Shown piece by piece: positions 16,618-24,804 of a stretch of DNA of 32,000 nucleotides. The stretch spans positions 7,200,001-7,232,000 of the forward strand of contig NC_010628.1 in NCBI RefSeq assembly GCF_000020025.1, given 5' to 3'. The position numbers were made by a program, and so were the translations under genes. The stretch is from Nostoc punctiforme PCC 73102 (lineage in GTDB: Bacteria; Cyanobacteriota; Cyanobacteriia; Cyanobacteriales; Nostocaceae). The notes under the pieces are model-generated. The model saw only the letters and a list, made by a program, of their open reading frames with translations, was not told the origin of the DNA and ran no database searches. The first letter of the stretch is position 1. Each line of letters starts with the position of its first letter.

Positions 16618-19600
16618 ATGCAACAGGCAAATAATAATGGCAATGGCGGATTTAGTCTTAGTGCGATCGCTATCCGCCAACACATTGGCACACTCATGCT
16701 CACCGTGGCAGTAATTGTCATTGGAGTATTTTTTCTCACCACGATCCAAGTCGATCTCTTACCGTCAATTACCTATCCACGAATTGGAGTTCGGCTAGAA
16801 GCCCCTGGTATTTCACCAGAAGTAGCAGTCGATGAAATCACCAGACCCTTAGAAGAAGCTTTATCAGCAACCGAGAATGTAGTACAAGTTTTTTCCCGCA
16901 CCCGTGAAGGACAGGTAAGTCTCGATTTATACTTCCAACCAGGGGGCGATATTGACCAAGCCCTAAACGATGCTACTGCTGCTTTTAACCGAGGTCGGGG
17001 ACAACTACCAGATACGATAGAGGAGCCGCGCTTATTTAAAGTCGATCCTTCTCAATTGCCGGTTTATGAATTGGCGTTGACATCTGCTTCTCTACAAGGA
17101 AAAGATTTACGCGTATTTGCTGATGAAGAGTTAACACGAGAACTCAGTGTCGTGCCAGGAGTCGCCTCAGTTGATGTATCTGGTGGTGCCGAGGAAGAAG
17201 TACGAGTGCTTGTTGACTTGAACCGATTGCAAGCTTTGGGTGTCGGGTTAAATGATGTCTTGGATGAATTAACAGCCCGTAACCAAGATACTTCTGGTGG
17301 TCGGATTCTGGGGCAAAATTCCGAGCCATTAACTCGGACTGTCGGACGCTTCCAAAATGCCAGAGAAATTGAAAACCTCTCCTTGGAAGTTTCCTCCCCT
17401 ACCTCCCCTGCACCTTCCCGCCGCGTCTACTTGCGAGACTTTGCAGAGGTAATTGACGATACAGAAGAACAGCGAGTATTTGTTTACCTAAACCGTCAGC
17501 CTGCGGTAAAATTTTCAATTCAAAAGCAGCCTGAAGCCAACACAATCACAGTTGTAGATGCTGTGAAGCGGCGAATTGAACAATTACGGCAATCAGGTTT
17601 AATTCCAGCAGATATGACTTTGAGCCCCACCACAGATGAATCTGTCTTCATCCGTAATTCTTTAAATGATGTCATCTTTTCAGGGATTTCTGGGGCATTG
17701 TTAGCAGCAGCAGCAGTGTTGTTATTTTTAGGATCGTTCAGACAAACATTGATTATCAGTTTGACGATTCCCCTGTGTACTCTGGCAGCGATCGCTTTGA
17801 TGAAAATCTTTGGCTTGACTTTGAATGTTTTTAGTTTAGCAGGTCTGACATTAGGAGTCGGTCAAGCAATAGACACATCGGTTGTGATCTTGGAGAACAT
17901 TTCCGAAAAAACAGGCATGACTCCTAATCAAAAAGAGATGGAGGCAGAGGGGCAGAAGAAAAATTCAAGATTCTTTATTGACAGTGCGATCGCAGCTTCC
18001 CAAGAAGTAGAATCTGCTTTAGTTGCTGCTACAGGTGCAAACTTAGTTTCTGTAGTGCCATTCCTTTTAATTGGCGGTTTTATTGCACTGCTATTTAATG
18101 AACTGATTTTGACAATTAGCTTTGCCGTTGCAGCCTCCCTTGTCGTTGCGATTACAGTAGTGCCAATGCTATCTTCTCGACTTTTGGGAATTCGCTGGTC
18201 TAGTCGGATTAGTGAATTTTGGCTGCTTAGACAGTTTAATCACCGATTTGAAGATGCTACACGGGGATACAGTAATTTCTTAACCAAGGTTTTACGCTAT
18301 CGATTGTTTGTAGTAACTGCTGCTTTGGTAATTTTAGGAGGCAGCAGTTTCTTTATGTTTGGTCAAATTCCCCAAGAAATTTTACCCCGCATTAGTACCG
18401 GTCAAGCTAACTTGAGAGCGCAGTTTCCTCCCGGTACACCTTTAGCAACTTCTGAAAAAGTTATGCAAATTGTCGATGACATTTTGCTCAAACAACCAGA
18501 AACCCAGTCTGCTTTCACAACTGTGGGTGGTTCTTTGTTTGGTAGCAATACTACAGAAAATCCTTTACGTGCCAGTAGTACCATCAATCTAAAACCAGGC
18601 ACAGATGTCGAAGCCTTTGTCAAAAAAGTAACTCAGGAATTTAACAAACTCAACTTAGCAGGAATTCTGCTACGCCTCAATCCTGGTCAGGTGCGGGGTT
18701 TAATCTTGAGTAATTCTCCAGTGCAAGGATCAGAAGTTGACGTGATTCTGCAAGGTGAGAATGAAGAAAACTTAACGCAAGCAGGGGCACAAGTACTGCA
18801 AGCATTACAAGAAAGAGCAAAATTAGCGACATTCCGACCAGATGCCGACCCCCGGCAACCGGAAATCCAAATTCGCCCCGACTGGGAAAGAGTTTCAGCT
18901 TTAGGGTTGAGCGCTCAACAAATTGGTGCAACAGTTCAAACAGCAATCGAAGGTTCAGTTCCCACGCAAATTCAACGTGGTAATCGTTTAGTTGATGTGC
19001 GGGTGCAGCTAAATAAGGAAGCGATTGCGCGTCCTTCCCAGCTAGAACAATTACCGCTATTTACAGAAAACAATCAGCTAATCCGCCTTTCAGATGTTGC
19101 AAACATTCAAGAAGGTCAAGCGCCTGGTGAAGTGCAACGCATTAATCAGCGCCAAGCTTTTATTGTGGCAGGCAACCTCAGCGAGGGGGCTAGTCTTGGT
19201 GAAGCGATCGCAGAAGTCAATGAGGTACTCAAGGATGTAGACTTACCTGATGGCGTTTCAATTGTGCCTAGTTCTGCCCAAGAAACTAATCAACAACTTC
19301 AAGATGCTTTAAAAACTTTGGGGGCGTTGGCGACGTTCTTAATCTTTGTAGTCATGGCGGTACAATACAATTCGCTGATTGACCCATTGGTAATTATGTT
19401 CACCGTGCCACTGGCGTTAGCTGGAGGAATTTTTGGACTTTACATTACCCAAACTGCAATTGGCGCAACTGTAATTGTTGGTGTCGTGCTGCTGGTGGGA
19501 ATTGTGGTAAACGCAGGGATTCTAATGGTAGAACTGGCGAACCAGATTCGGGATGAAATTGGTTGTACTCGCCAAATTGCGATCGTGAAAGCTGCACCTC

Positions 19601-19872
19601 AACGCTTGCGCCCAATTATCATGACCACAGTCACTACTATCTTGGGACTGTTTCCTTTGGCATTAGGTATTGGCGAAGGTTCTGAGTTTTTGCAGCCTTT
19701 AGGAATTGTAGTTTTCTTTGGGATGGCGATCGCAACAATGCTGACATTATTTATAATCCCCTGTTTTTATATCCTGCTGCACGATTTGCTAGATGGAAAT
19801 TGGGCGAAGCCAGTGTTAATCCGGTTACGTGGATTTACGAAAAAACTCATTTCCATCACGGATAGGGATTAA
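16618..19872 (+). CDS. efflux RND transporter permease subunit (AcrB/HAE-type)
   Basis: 1084 aa with a 12-TM, two-large-periplasmic-loop layout. The conserved TM4 region is AGLTLGVGQAIDTSVVILENI and the TM10 region is VGVVLLVGIVVNAGILMVE. It lies 68 nt downstream of the adaptor gene. Confidence 0.9.
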   Translation: MQQANNNGNGGFSLSAIAIRQHIGTLMLTVAVIVIGVFFLTTIQVDLLPSITYPRIGVRLEAPGISPEVAVDEITRPLEEALSATENVVQVFSRTREGQVSLDLYFQPGGDIDQALNDATAAFNRGRGQLPDTIEEPRLFKVDPSQLPVYELALTSASLQGKDLRVFADEELTRELSVVPGVASVDVSGGAEEEVRVLVDLNRLQALGVGLNDVLDELTARNQDTSGGRILGQNSEPLTRTVGRFQNAREIENLSLEVSSPTSPAPSRRVYLRDFAEVIDDTEEQRVFVYLNRQPAVKFSIQKQPEANTITVVDAVKRRIEQLRQSGLIPADMTLSPTTDESVFIRNSLNDVIFSGISGALLAAAAVLLFLGSFRQTLIISLTIPLCTLAAIALMKIFGLTLNVFSLAGLTLGVGQAIDTSVVILENISEKTGMTPNQKEMEAEGQKKNSRFFIDSAIAASQEVESALVAATGANLVSVVPFLLIGGFIALLFNELILTISFAVAASLVVAITVVPMLSSRLLGIRWSSRISEFWLLRQFNHRFEDATRGYSNFLTKVLRYRLFVVTAALVILGGSSFFMFGQIPQEILPRISTGQANLRAQFPPGTPLATSEKVMQIVDDILLKQPETQSAFTTVGGSLFGSNTTENPLRASSTINLKPGTDVEAFVKKVTQEFNKLNLAGILLRLNPGQVRGLILSNSPVQGSEVDVILQGENEENLTQAGAQVLQALQERAKLATFRPDADPRQPEIQIRPDWERVSALGLSAQQIGATVQTAIEGSVPTQIQRGNRLVDVRVQLNKEAIARPSQLEQLPLFTENNQLIRLSDVANIQEGQAPGEVQRINQRQAFIVAGNLSEGASLGEAIAEVNEVLKDVDLPDGVSIVPSSAQETNQQLQDALKTLGALATFLIFVVMAVQYNSLIDPLVIMFTVPLALAGGIFGLYITQTAIGATVIVGVVLLVGIVVNAGILMVELANQIRDEIGCTRQIAIVKAAPQRLRPIIMTTVTTILGLFPLALGIGEGSEFLQPLGIVVFFGMAIATMLTLFIIPCFYILLHDLLDGNWAKPVLIRLRGFTKKLISITDRD

Positions 19873-19904
19873 ATTTTTCAACACCCTAGACACTGAAATT
19901 TAAA

Positions 19905-19950
19905 TTAACGCGATCTACCAACAAGTTTTTTCGTTGGCAGATCGCGTTAA
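19905..19950 (+). terminator. long stem-loop downstream of the RND operon (probable terminator/stabiliser)
   Basis: ttaacgcgatctaccaac (19905-19922) pairs with gttggcagatcgcgttaa (19933-19950), giving an 18-bp stem with one mismatch and a 10-nt loop. It sits 33 nt after the stop, and the U-tail is weak (acgcattttc). Confidence 0.5.
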
Positions 19951-20226
19951 ACGCATTTTCGATTACATATATTGTCTAATTTGTCAATCAATAAGTTCTA
20001 ATTTAGATTTTTGATAAAGATTGGGTGAAATTACTAGTTATCGTGATAAAGCATTACAAGAATTGCTTTATAAATCAACCTATGAGTATATGTAAACTCA
20101 CTGAGCAGGCACACATTAACCGCTATTTATCTAGCAAATAGATAGCAGTTCAAAAGTGAGGTTTTGCTGTTTGATTTAACTCATGCAATATAGCATTCTC
20201 TCAATCAATATGAAGAGGACAGAAAT

Positions 20227-20886
20227 ATGACTACAACCGTAACCAAAATAGCCTTGTCTCTTCTAGGAGCAGCAGGAATTAGTTTTTTGTCTTTGACACC
20301 AGCGAGAGCCGTTATTTTGGTAGAACCAATTGTAACGAGTGTGAATGAAGATATATTCAACACGAAAAAGCCAAGAATCCTTACAGATTACGAACCAGGA
20401 CAAGTAATAGAATATGGTGTGCCAGATGTAGCTAATAACTTTCTAAATAACACTGGATACGATATAGAAAGCTTAGTCTTTGATTTAAAAACGCTGTCCT
20501 ATACTAATCCCGATTCGACTCCACCATTTGATAATGAGCCTGTAGAGTGGGGGGATGTAAATGGAGATGGAAAGATTGGTTTATCTAATAACCCCGATCT
20601 AAAGGATATTTTTACAGACATTACCATCAGTGGCAGTACTATCACTTTTAGTGGTGGCGTAATCCGAAACGGAAGCGTGTTTTACAATCCCTTCGCTACC
20701 CTACCAAATCTAGCTCCAGGTGCTGGAATCATTCCACCAATACCAGCAGAGCAAGCAGATAAAGATGGGCCTATTAGAGTCGCTGCTTATTACACCGCCG
20801 TTCCTGAATCAACTAACGTTTTGGGTGTATTAGTCCTTGGTGCTGTAGGTGTAGCTTTAAAATTAAAGCGATCGCTACACTATTAA
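20227..20886 (+). CDS. secreted protein with PEP-CTERM-like C-terminal sorting signal and a dockerin/EF-hand-like Ca-binding loop
   Basis: The signal peptide is MTTTVTKIALSLLGAAGISFLSLTPARA. The C-terminus is VPESTNVLGVLVLGAVGVALKLKRS (a VPE variant, helix, then basic residues). An internal GDVNGDGKIG loop is present. Confidence 0.75.
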   Translation: MTTTVTKIALSLLGAAGISFLSLTPARAVILVEPIVTSVNEDIFNTKKPRILTDYEPGQVIEYGVPDVANNFLNNTGYDIESLVFDLKTLSYTNPDSTPPFDNEPVEWGDVNGDGKIGLSNNPDLKDIFTDITISGSTITFSGGVIRNGSVFYNPFATLPNLAPGAGIIPPIPAEQADKDGPIRVAAYYTAVPESTNVLGVLVLGAVGVALKLKRSLHY

Positions 20887-20910
20887 CACTTTCTATCATC
20901 CTTTGTGACT

Positions 20911-20973
20911 GGGAGGTGGGGATGAGGGGACAAGAGGAATAATCAATTCCCAATTCCCAATGCCCCATTCCCC
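20911..20973. repeat. phase-locked STRR array between convergent genes (G-rich arm / ATTCCCA arm)
   Basis: GGGAGGT GGGGATG AGGGGAC AAGAGGA ATAATCA ATTCCCA ATTCCCA ATGCCCC ATTCCCC. It ends 2 nt before the GT4 stop codon. Confidence 0.8.
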
Positions 20974-20974
20974 T

Positions 20975-22033
20975 TTAACCAGTAATCAACTCACGATACA
21001 CTGCAAGTGTTTCCTGATGGACGCGGGTAACACTTAACCACTGTAGGTTTTGATTTGCCCGATTCTTCCACTCATGCAGCATATCAGCATTACTCAGTAA
21101 TTTCATTAAAACCCCAGCCAAAGCATTACTATCTTTTGCTGGCACTAAAAGACCTGCTTGCCCATTATCCAAAGCTTCAGGAATCCCATCTACTTGAGTA
21201 CCAACGATCGCAGTTCCAGCTTCCCTGGCTTCCGAAATTACTAGAGGGCAAGGATCGCGATGAGAAGCCAACACAAATATGTCACAAGATATCAGGTAGC
21301 GTTGAGGTTGCGCCTGGAAGCCTTCAAAATGAATCCGTTCTTTTACAGAAGTTGCTTGTGCTTGTGCCTCAAATAGCTGTTTATCAGGACCATTTCCTAC
21401 CAAATAAAGATGTGCTTGGGGAAAATCTGGGGCAATTTGTTCAAAGGCAGCGATTAACTCAGCGATACCTTTGCGTTGATACATTCCCGCTACAGTAGCG
21501 ATCGCTGGACGTTGTAACCCTAAAGGTTGATAATCTTGTATTTGTCGGGTACGGGGACTGCCCAAAGTTCCATTGCATACTACCCGCAACTTGTTTTCTG
21601 GGATACCCCGTTTCGCCATAGAATCTCGTACCGCCTTGCTGACAGCAATAACCCTGTCAGCTAAACCCATCAGCACACTGGAACGCTGAAATTCGTTATG
21701 AACTGTAGAAACTAAAGTATATTTATTGCCTTTAAAAATGCGTGCTAGAATGACCCCTGTCATCATGTGAGCATGAACGATATCCGGCTGAAATTCTGCT
21801 GCGATGGCTCGATAACGCACAGCCGCTTTAATAATACTTATCGGTTTTCTTGTTTGGTCTAATGGGTAATGTTTAACACCATATATATTTAGTAATTTTT
21901 CGTATTCACCACCAGCAGAAATAACCGCTACCTCATAACCAGATTTTGCCTGTAAACAAGCCAGATCCACAGCCACATTCACAATACCATTACCTATTTC
22001 TTGAACGTGGTTCAAAATATGTATGATTCGCAT
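20975..22033 (-). CDS. glycosyltransferase family 4 (GT-B fold, RfaG-like)
   Basis: 352 aa from ATG 22033 (MRIIHILNHVQEIGNGIVN...). The C-terminal GT1/GT4 motif is present (VLASHRDPCPLVISEAREAGTAIVGTQVDGIPEAL). The 19 upstream codons in the ORF track (MCLCLLSYLF...) look like non-coding read-through. Confidence 0.85.
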   Translation of the reverse strand: MRIIHILNHVQEIGNGIVNVAVDLACLQAKSGYEVAVISAGGEYEKLLNIYGVKHYPLDQTRKPISIIKAAVRYRAIAAEFQPDIVHAHMMTGVILARIFKGNKYTLVSTVHNEFQRSSVLMGLADRVIAVSKAVRDSMAKRGIPENKLRVVCNGTLGSPRTRQIQDYQPLGLQRPAIATVAGMYQRKGIAELIAAFEQIAPDFPQAHLYLVGNGPDKQLFEAQAQATSVKERIHFEGFQAQPQRYLISCDIFVLASHRDPCPLVISEAREAGTAIVGTQVDGIPEALDNGQAGLLVPAKDSNALAGVLMKLLSNADMLHEWKNRANQNLQWLSVTRVHQETLAVYRELITG

Positions 22034-22406
22034 AATCTTTGAGATATGTATAAAAAATAAAAATAAGTAACTGAGTAGACAAAGACACAATTCTTGAGGT
22101 ATTCAGCGACAACTCAAGACAAGTCAGTAGCGCGAAAGATTGACTAATAACGCTTCTAACTACTTACTTAGCTTTAAAGACTTATTCAATAACGACTCAA
22201 GAAATCGGGGTAAAACTCCAAAATTTTGATGTCTTACCAAAAGCAGCAATGGGAGCATCCCACCTTTAAAGGGCTAGTCCTACCAAAATGAGGCGGCGAA
22301 ATTAATGTAATGATTGTCAGGTTGCGGGGGTGGGGTTATGAATAATTTTCAGGAGGTTAGATTGGTTCCTGCTCTGGCTCTTGTTGAATTCCTACAAATT
22401 CTCTTC

Positions 22407-22781
22407 TTAAATCGTCGTCAGACGGTCTTGTGCGAAATTCCTCGTGTGGGTGTATATCCATAACAGATAAACAACGCGCTTTGCCTCATTAACCACATAC
22501 ATGAAGCGACATTTCTTTGCCGCTCCATCTAACTCAGGCGCTCTAAATCGAATTTTTCTAAATTTAAAATCTGATTTATACGTTCCTTTGGGAAAACCTT
22601 CGTCGTCTGAAAATGAATTAGAGCTAGGATTCTCGCGGAGTTGACCAATATAGTCATTAACTAACTCCAAAAAAGAATTCCTAGCTCTTTCATTTTTACG
22701 GTAGTGACTTTTAATTAACTTTTCGAGGCTAATGTCAAACCTCTCTAATCGCTCTATCCGATATGCTTCGCAACCAGTCAC
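22407..22781 (-). CDS. RelE/ParE-superfamily-like toxin (type II TA), possibly frameshifted at its 3' end
   Basis: 124 aa with a GTG start and GGAGGA 6 nt upstream. The pattern is YRIE..F..SLEKLIK...L.ENP......KFRKIRFRAPELDGAAKKCRFMYVVNEAKRVVYLLWIYTH. This matches the (GKSGG)YR-x-IY...V-x-LL-x-IY core of RelE/ParE-like toxins. See the findings for the CACAC frameshift. Confidence 0.6.
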   Translation of the reverse strand: MTGCEAYRIERLERFDISLEKLIKSHYRKNERARNSFLELVNDYIGQLRENPSSNSFSDDEGFPKGTYKSDFKFRKIRFRAPELDGAAKKCRFMYVVNEAKRVVYLLWIYTHTRNFAQDRLTTI

Positions 22782-23220
22782 GGGTTTCCTCCGTCTTTAA
22801 CTCTTTGCCCTGGATTGTACCTGAGTACAATTGTTCTAGAGTATCAGATAAAACCGCTTGATAACTGGGATCTTGATGCTCAACAGCATCCAAAATAGTG
22901 TCAACCAGTGTATCTAAAGCTTTAATGCAAGACATAAAAGCTTCTGTCTGATTGGTTACGACTAAAAACAATAGATAAATTTTTGACCAAATTTTGCTCT
23001 TTAAGCCAAACACACCTTTTGCAGATGGTTCGAGCCAATCATACGCAAACTCTTTTAGCTCTTCGCGGTCTTCAACAGAAATATTGCTCCACTCCTGCTT
23101 AACTCTATGGGTTAACTTACGAATTTTGGCTGTTAATTGCTCAAAATTCGATGATGGGCTGATTTTTCTTTGCCGAATCTGCTCAAACTCATGAGTAAAA
23201 ATCACGATCGCAGTGGACAC
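22735..23220 (-). CDS. hypothetical 161-aa protein, candidate atypical antitoxin/partner of the downstream RelE/ParE-like gene
   Basis: GTG start with GGGAGA upstream. Its 3' end overlaps the toxin start by 47 nt and contains the toxin's Shine-Dalgarno. The composition looks helical, and I recognise no RHH, HTH, AbrB or Phd motif. Confidence 0.5.
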   Translation of the reverse strand: MSTAIVIFTHEFEQIRQRKISPSSNFEQLTAKIRKLTHRVKQEWSNISVEDREELKEFAYDWLEPSAKGVFGLKSKIWSKIYLLFLVVTNQTEAFMSCIKALDTLVDTILDAVEHQDPSYQAVLSDTLEQLYSGTIQGKELKTEETRDWLRSISDRAIREV

Positions 23221-23441
23221 CGCTACACTCTCCCAATTTACTGCTATTCCTGGACAACAACAGAGTTAAATAACTTTCTGACTTTTACAAACTGTATTTA
23301 GAATTTTACTTACCGGGTGTAAACAGTTTACATTTTTATTCTATGACAATAGATACTCGCTGTCTTCCGCAATTAGAGGAAAGCAGATGTTTGATTATTT
23401 CTGTTACAGAACCAATCGAAGCGCGATCGGCTTGTTTTACA

Positions 23442-23463
23442 ATTGGATAGCTAGCTATCCAAT
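23442..23463. repeat. 22-bp perfect palindrome ATTGGATAGCTAGCTATCCAAT
   Basis: I checked base by base that the sequence equals its own reverse complement. It lies in the 480-bp non-coding gap between the cassette and the GT2 gene. Confidence 0.9.
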
Positions 23464-23621
23464 CAAGTCGAGCCTTCCAAGCAAAGCGATCGCTCCACTA
23501 GCTAAAGAATTTTTCAACCACTGCGCCTTGTTACATCTCACCAAAAGCATCCCTTTTAGCTTGGACACATAAGTATCCAATAGACTAGGCAGAGCTAAGA
23601 AGAGCGATCGTTCTTCCTAAA

Positions 23622-23663
23622 AGCATTTACAAAATAATCTATTGATTCACTTTTGTAAATGCT
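23622..23663 (-). terminator. hairpin immediately downstream of the GT2 gene (probable terminator)
   Basis: A 13-bp perfect inverted repeat, agcatttacaaaa (23622-23634) / ttttgtaaatgct (23651-23663), with a 16-nt loop. On the minus strand it is followed by TTTAGG. It starts 38 nt after the stop at 23701. Confidence 0.5.
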
Positions 23664-23700
23664 AAGTTTTGACAGCAAAAACCATTGCCAACTTAAAAAA

Positions 23701-24645
23701 TTAGGACTCAATCAATACAAGTTTACGAACCTCAGAATTTTGTCCCTGAGAACGGCGTGATGAGGCAGCAGTTAGCAAAAACTTCCAAGACTGAGGAGAA
23801 AGTATAGATGGATCTATCATTGAAACAAAGCTTTTGATATTTTTTTGCTTCAGTGCGACTAAAGTCCAATGAAGTTTAAGGTAATTTTTGATATCCTGAA
23901 ATCCGGGAATCTTTGAGCGATGTTGCTCATTGACTAAGGCGTAAATTTTTTGTTTCATCAAAATATTTGTCGCCAATCGTCGAGACAAAGAAAACTTTTG
24001 ATTATACGCACCAGGCCAAATCGTGCGGTATGCAAGACATTGGTTGAAGAAAATAGCATCGCCAAACTGGGCAATCCGAATCCATGAATCGATGTCATCA
24101 CAGTTAGCATCAAGGGTGGAGTCCCAACCACCAGTTTGCAGGAAAGCATCACGTCGGCAAGCTACTTGTACAGGCGTGCCAAAGGGTACAAGCTCTAAAA
24201 GCATACCATAATGAATATCGGCTTGGGGGATATAAAAAGCTAAACCAGGCCCTACTTGTGGGGTGCGACTGAGTTCAACTTCATTACCATCTACCTGAGC
24301 CGCCACACAAGAGCAGATTACAGCATCGGGGTGAAGTGCGATCGCCTTAGCCATTTCTTCTATGCAGTTGGGAGCTAAATAGTCGTCATCATCTAAAAAC
24401 TTAATCCAGTCGCCGCTAGCTTTGGCAACTCCAGCATTTACTGTTGCTGCATGACCAAGGTTCACTTCATTCCGATGGTAAACAACCTTGTCCCCTAAGC
24501 TTTTGAGATATGTTTGGGTATCATCAGAAGAACAGTCATCGGCAACAACCACCTCACACTCAATGGTTTGGTTCCAAGCCGACTCAATTGCTCTTTGCAG
24601 CAAGTTCAAGCGATTATATGTACTGATGACGACGCTAAATTTCAT
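23701..24645 (-). CDS. glycosyltransferase family 2
   Basis: 314 aa from ATG 24645 (MKFSVVISTYNRLNLLQRAIESAWNQT...VVVADDCSSDDT...FLDDDDYL, which includes a DXD motif). GAGGTGG lies upstream. The 27 extra N-terminal codons in the ORF track are rejected. Confidence 0.85.
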   Translation of the reverse strand: MKFSVVISTYNRLNLLQRAIESAWNQTIECEVVVADDCSSDDTQTYLKSLGDKVVYHRNEVNLGHAATVNAGVAKASGDWIKFLDDDDYLAPNCIEEMAKAIALHPDAVICSCVAAQVDGNEVELSRTPQVGPGLAFYIPQADIHYGMLLELVPFGTPVQVACRRDAFLQTGGWDSTLDANCDDIDSWIRIAQFGDAIFFNQCLAYRTIWPGAYNQKFSLSRRLATNILMKQKIYALVNEQHRSKIPGFQDIKNYLKLHWTLVALKQKNIKSFVSMIDPSILSPQSWKFLLTAASSRRSQGQNSEVRKLVLIES

Positions 24646-24804
24646 AAATTTCCACCTCTGGTACAGCATTTTGCAATATAGCTTCGATCTATTGGGTCTT
24701 GTCTCAGTAAAATTATCAATCTCCAATAAGTAGAAGTAGACTGAAATAGGATTATCGATTTATGATTGATGATCGTGAGTTTTTTTTAAGCAGACAGAAA
24801 GACT

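Noticed and set aside
21055-21498. 147-aa plus-strand ORF inside the GT4 gene
   Set aside because: It is antisense to a glycosyltransferase with clear family motifs. It has no motif or SD of its own.
22338-22463. 41-codon plus-strand ORF (MNNFQEVRLVPALALVEF...) opposite the toxin 3' end
   Set aside because: It is short with no recognisable features. It overlaps the region better explained by the frameshifted toxin C-terminus on the minus strand.
23319-23331. Possible NtcA binding site (GTA-N8-TAC) in gtaaacagtttac
   Set aside because: Counting gives GTA-N7-TAC rather than the required 8-nt spacing, and no suitably placed -10 box supports it.
23387-23572. 61-aa plus-strand ORF in the gap upstream of the TA-like cassette
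   Set aside because: It has no SD and spans the 22-bp palindrome and HIP1 sites. The product has no recognisable features and is treated as non-coding.
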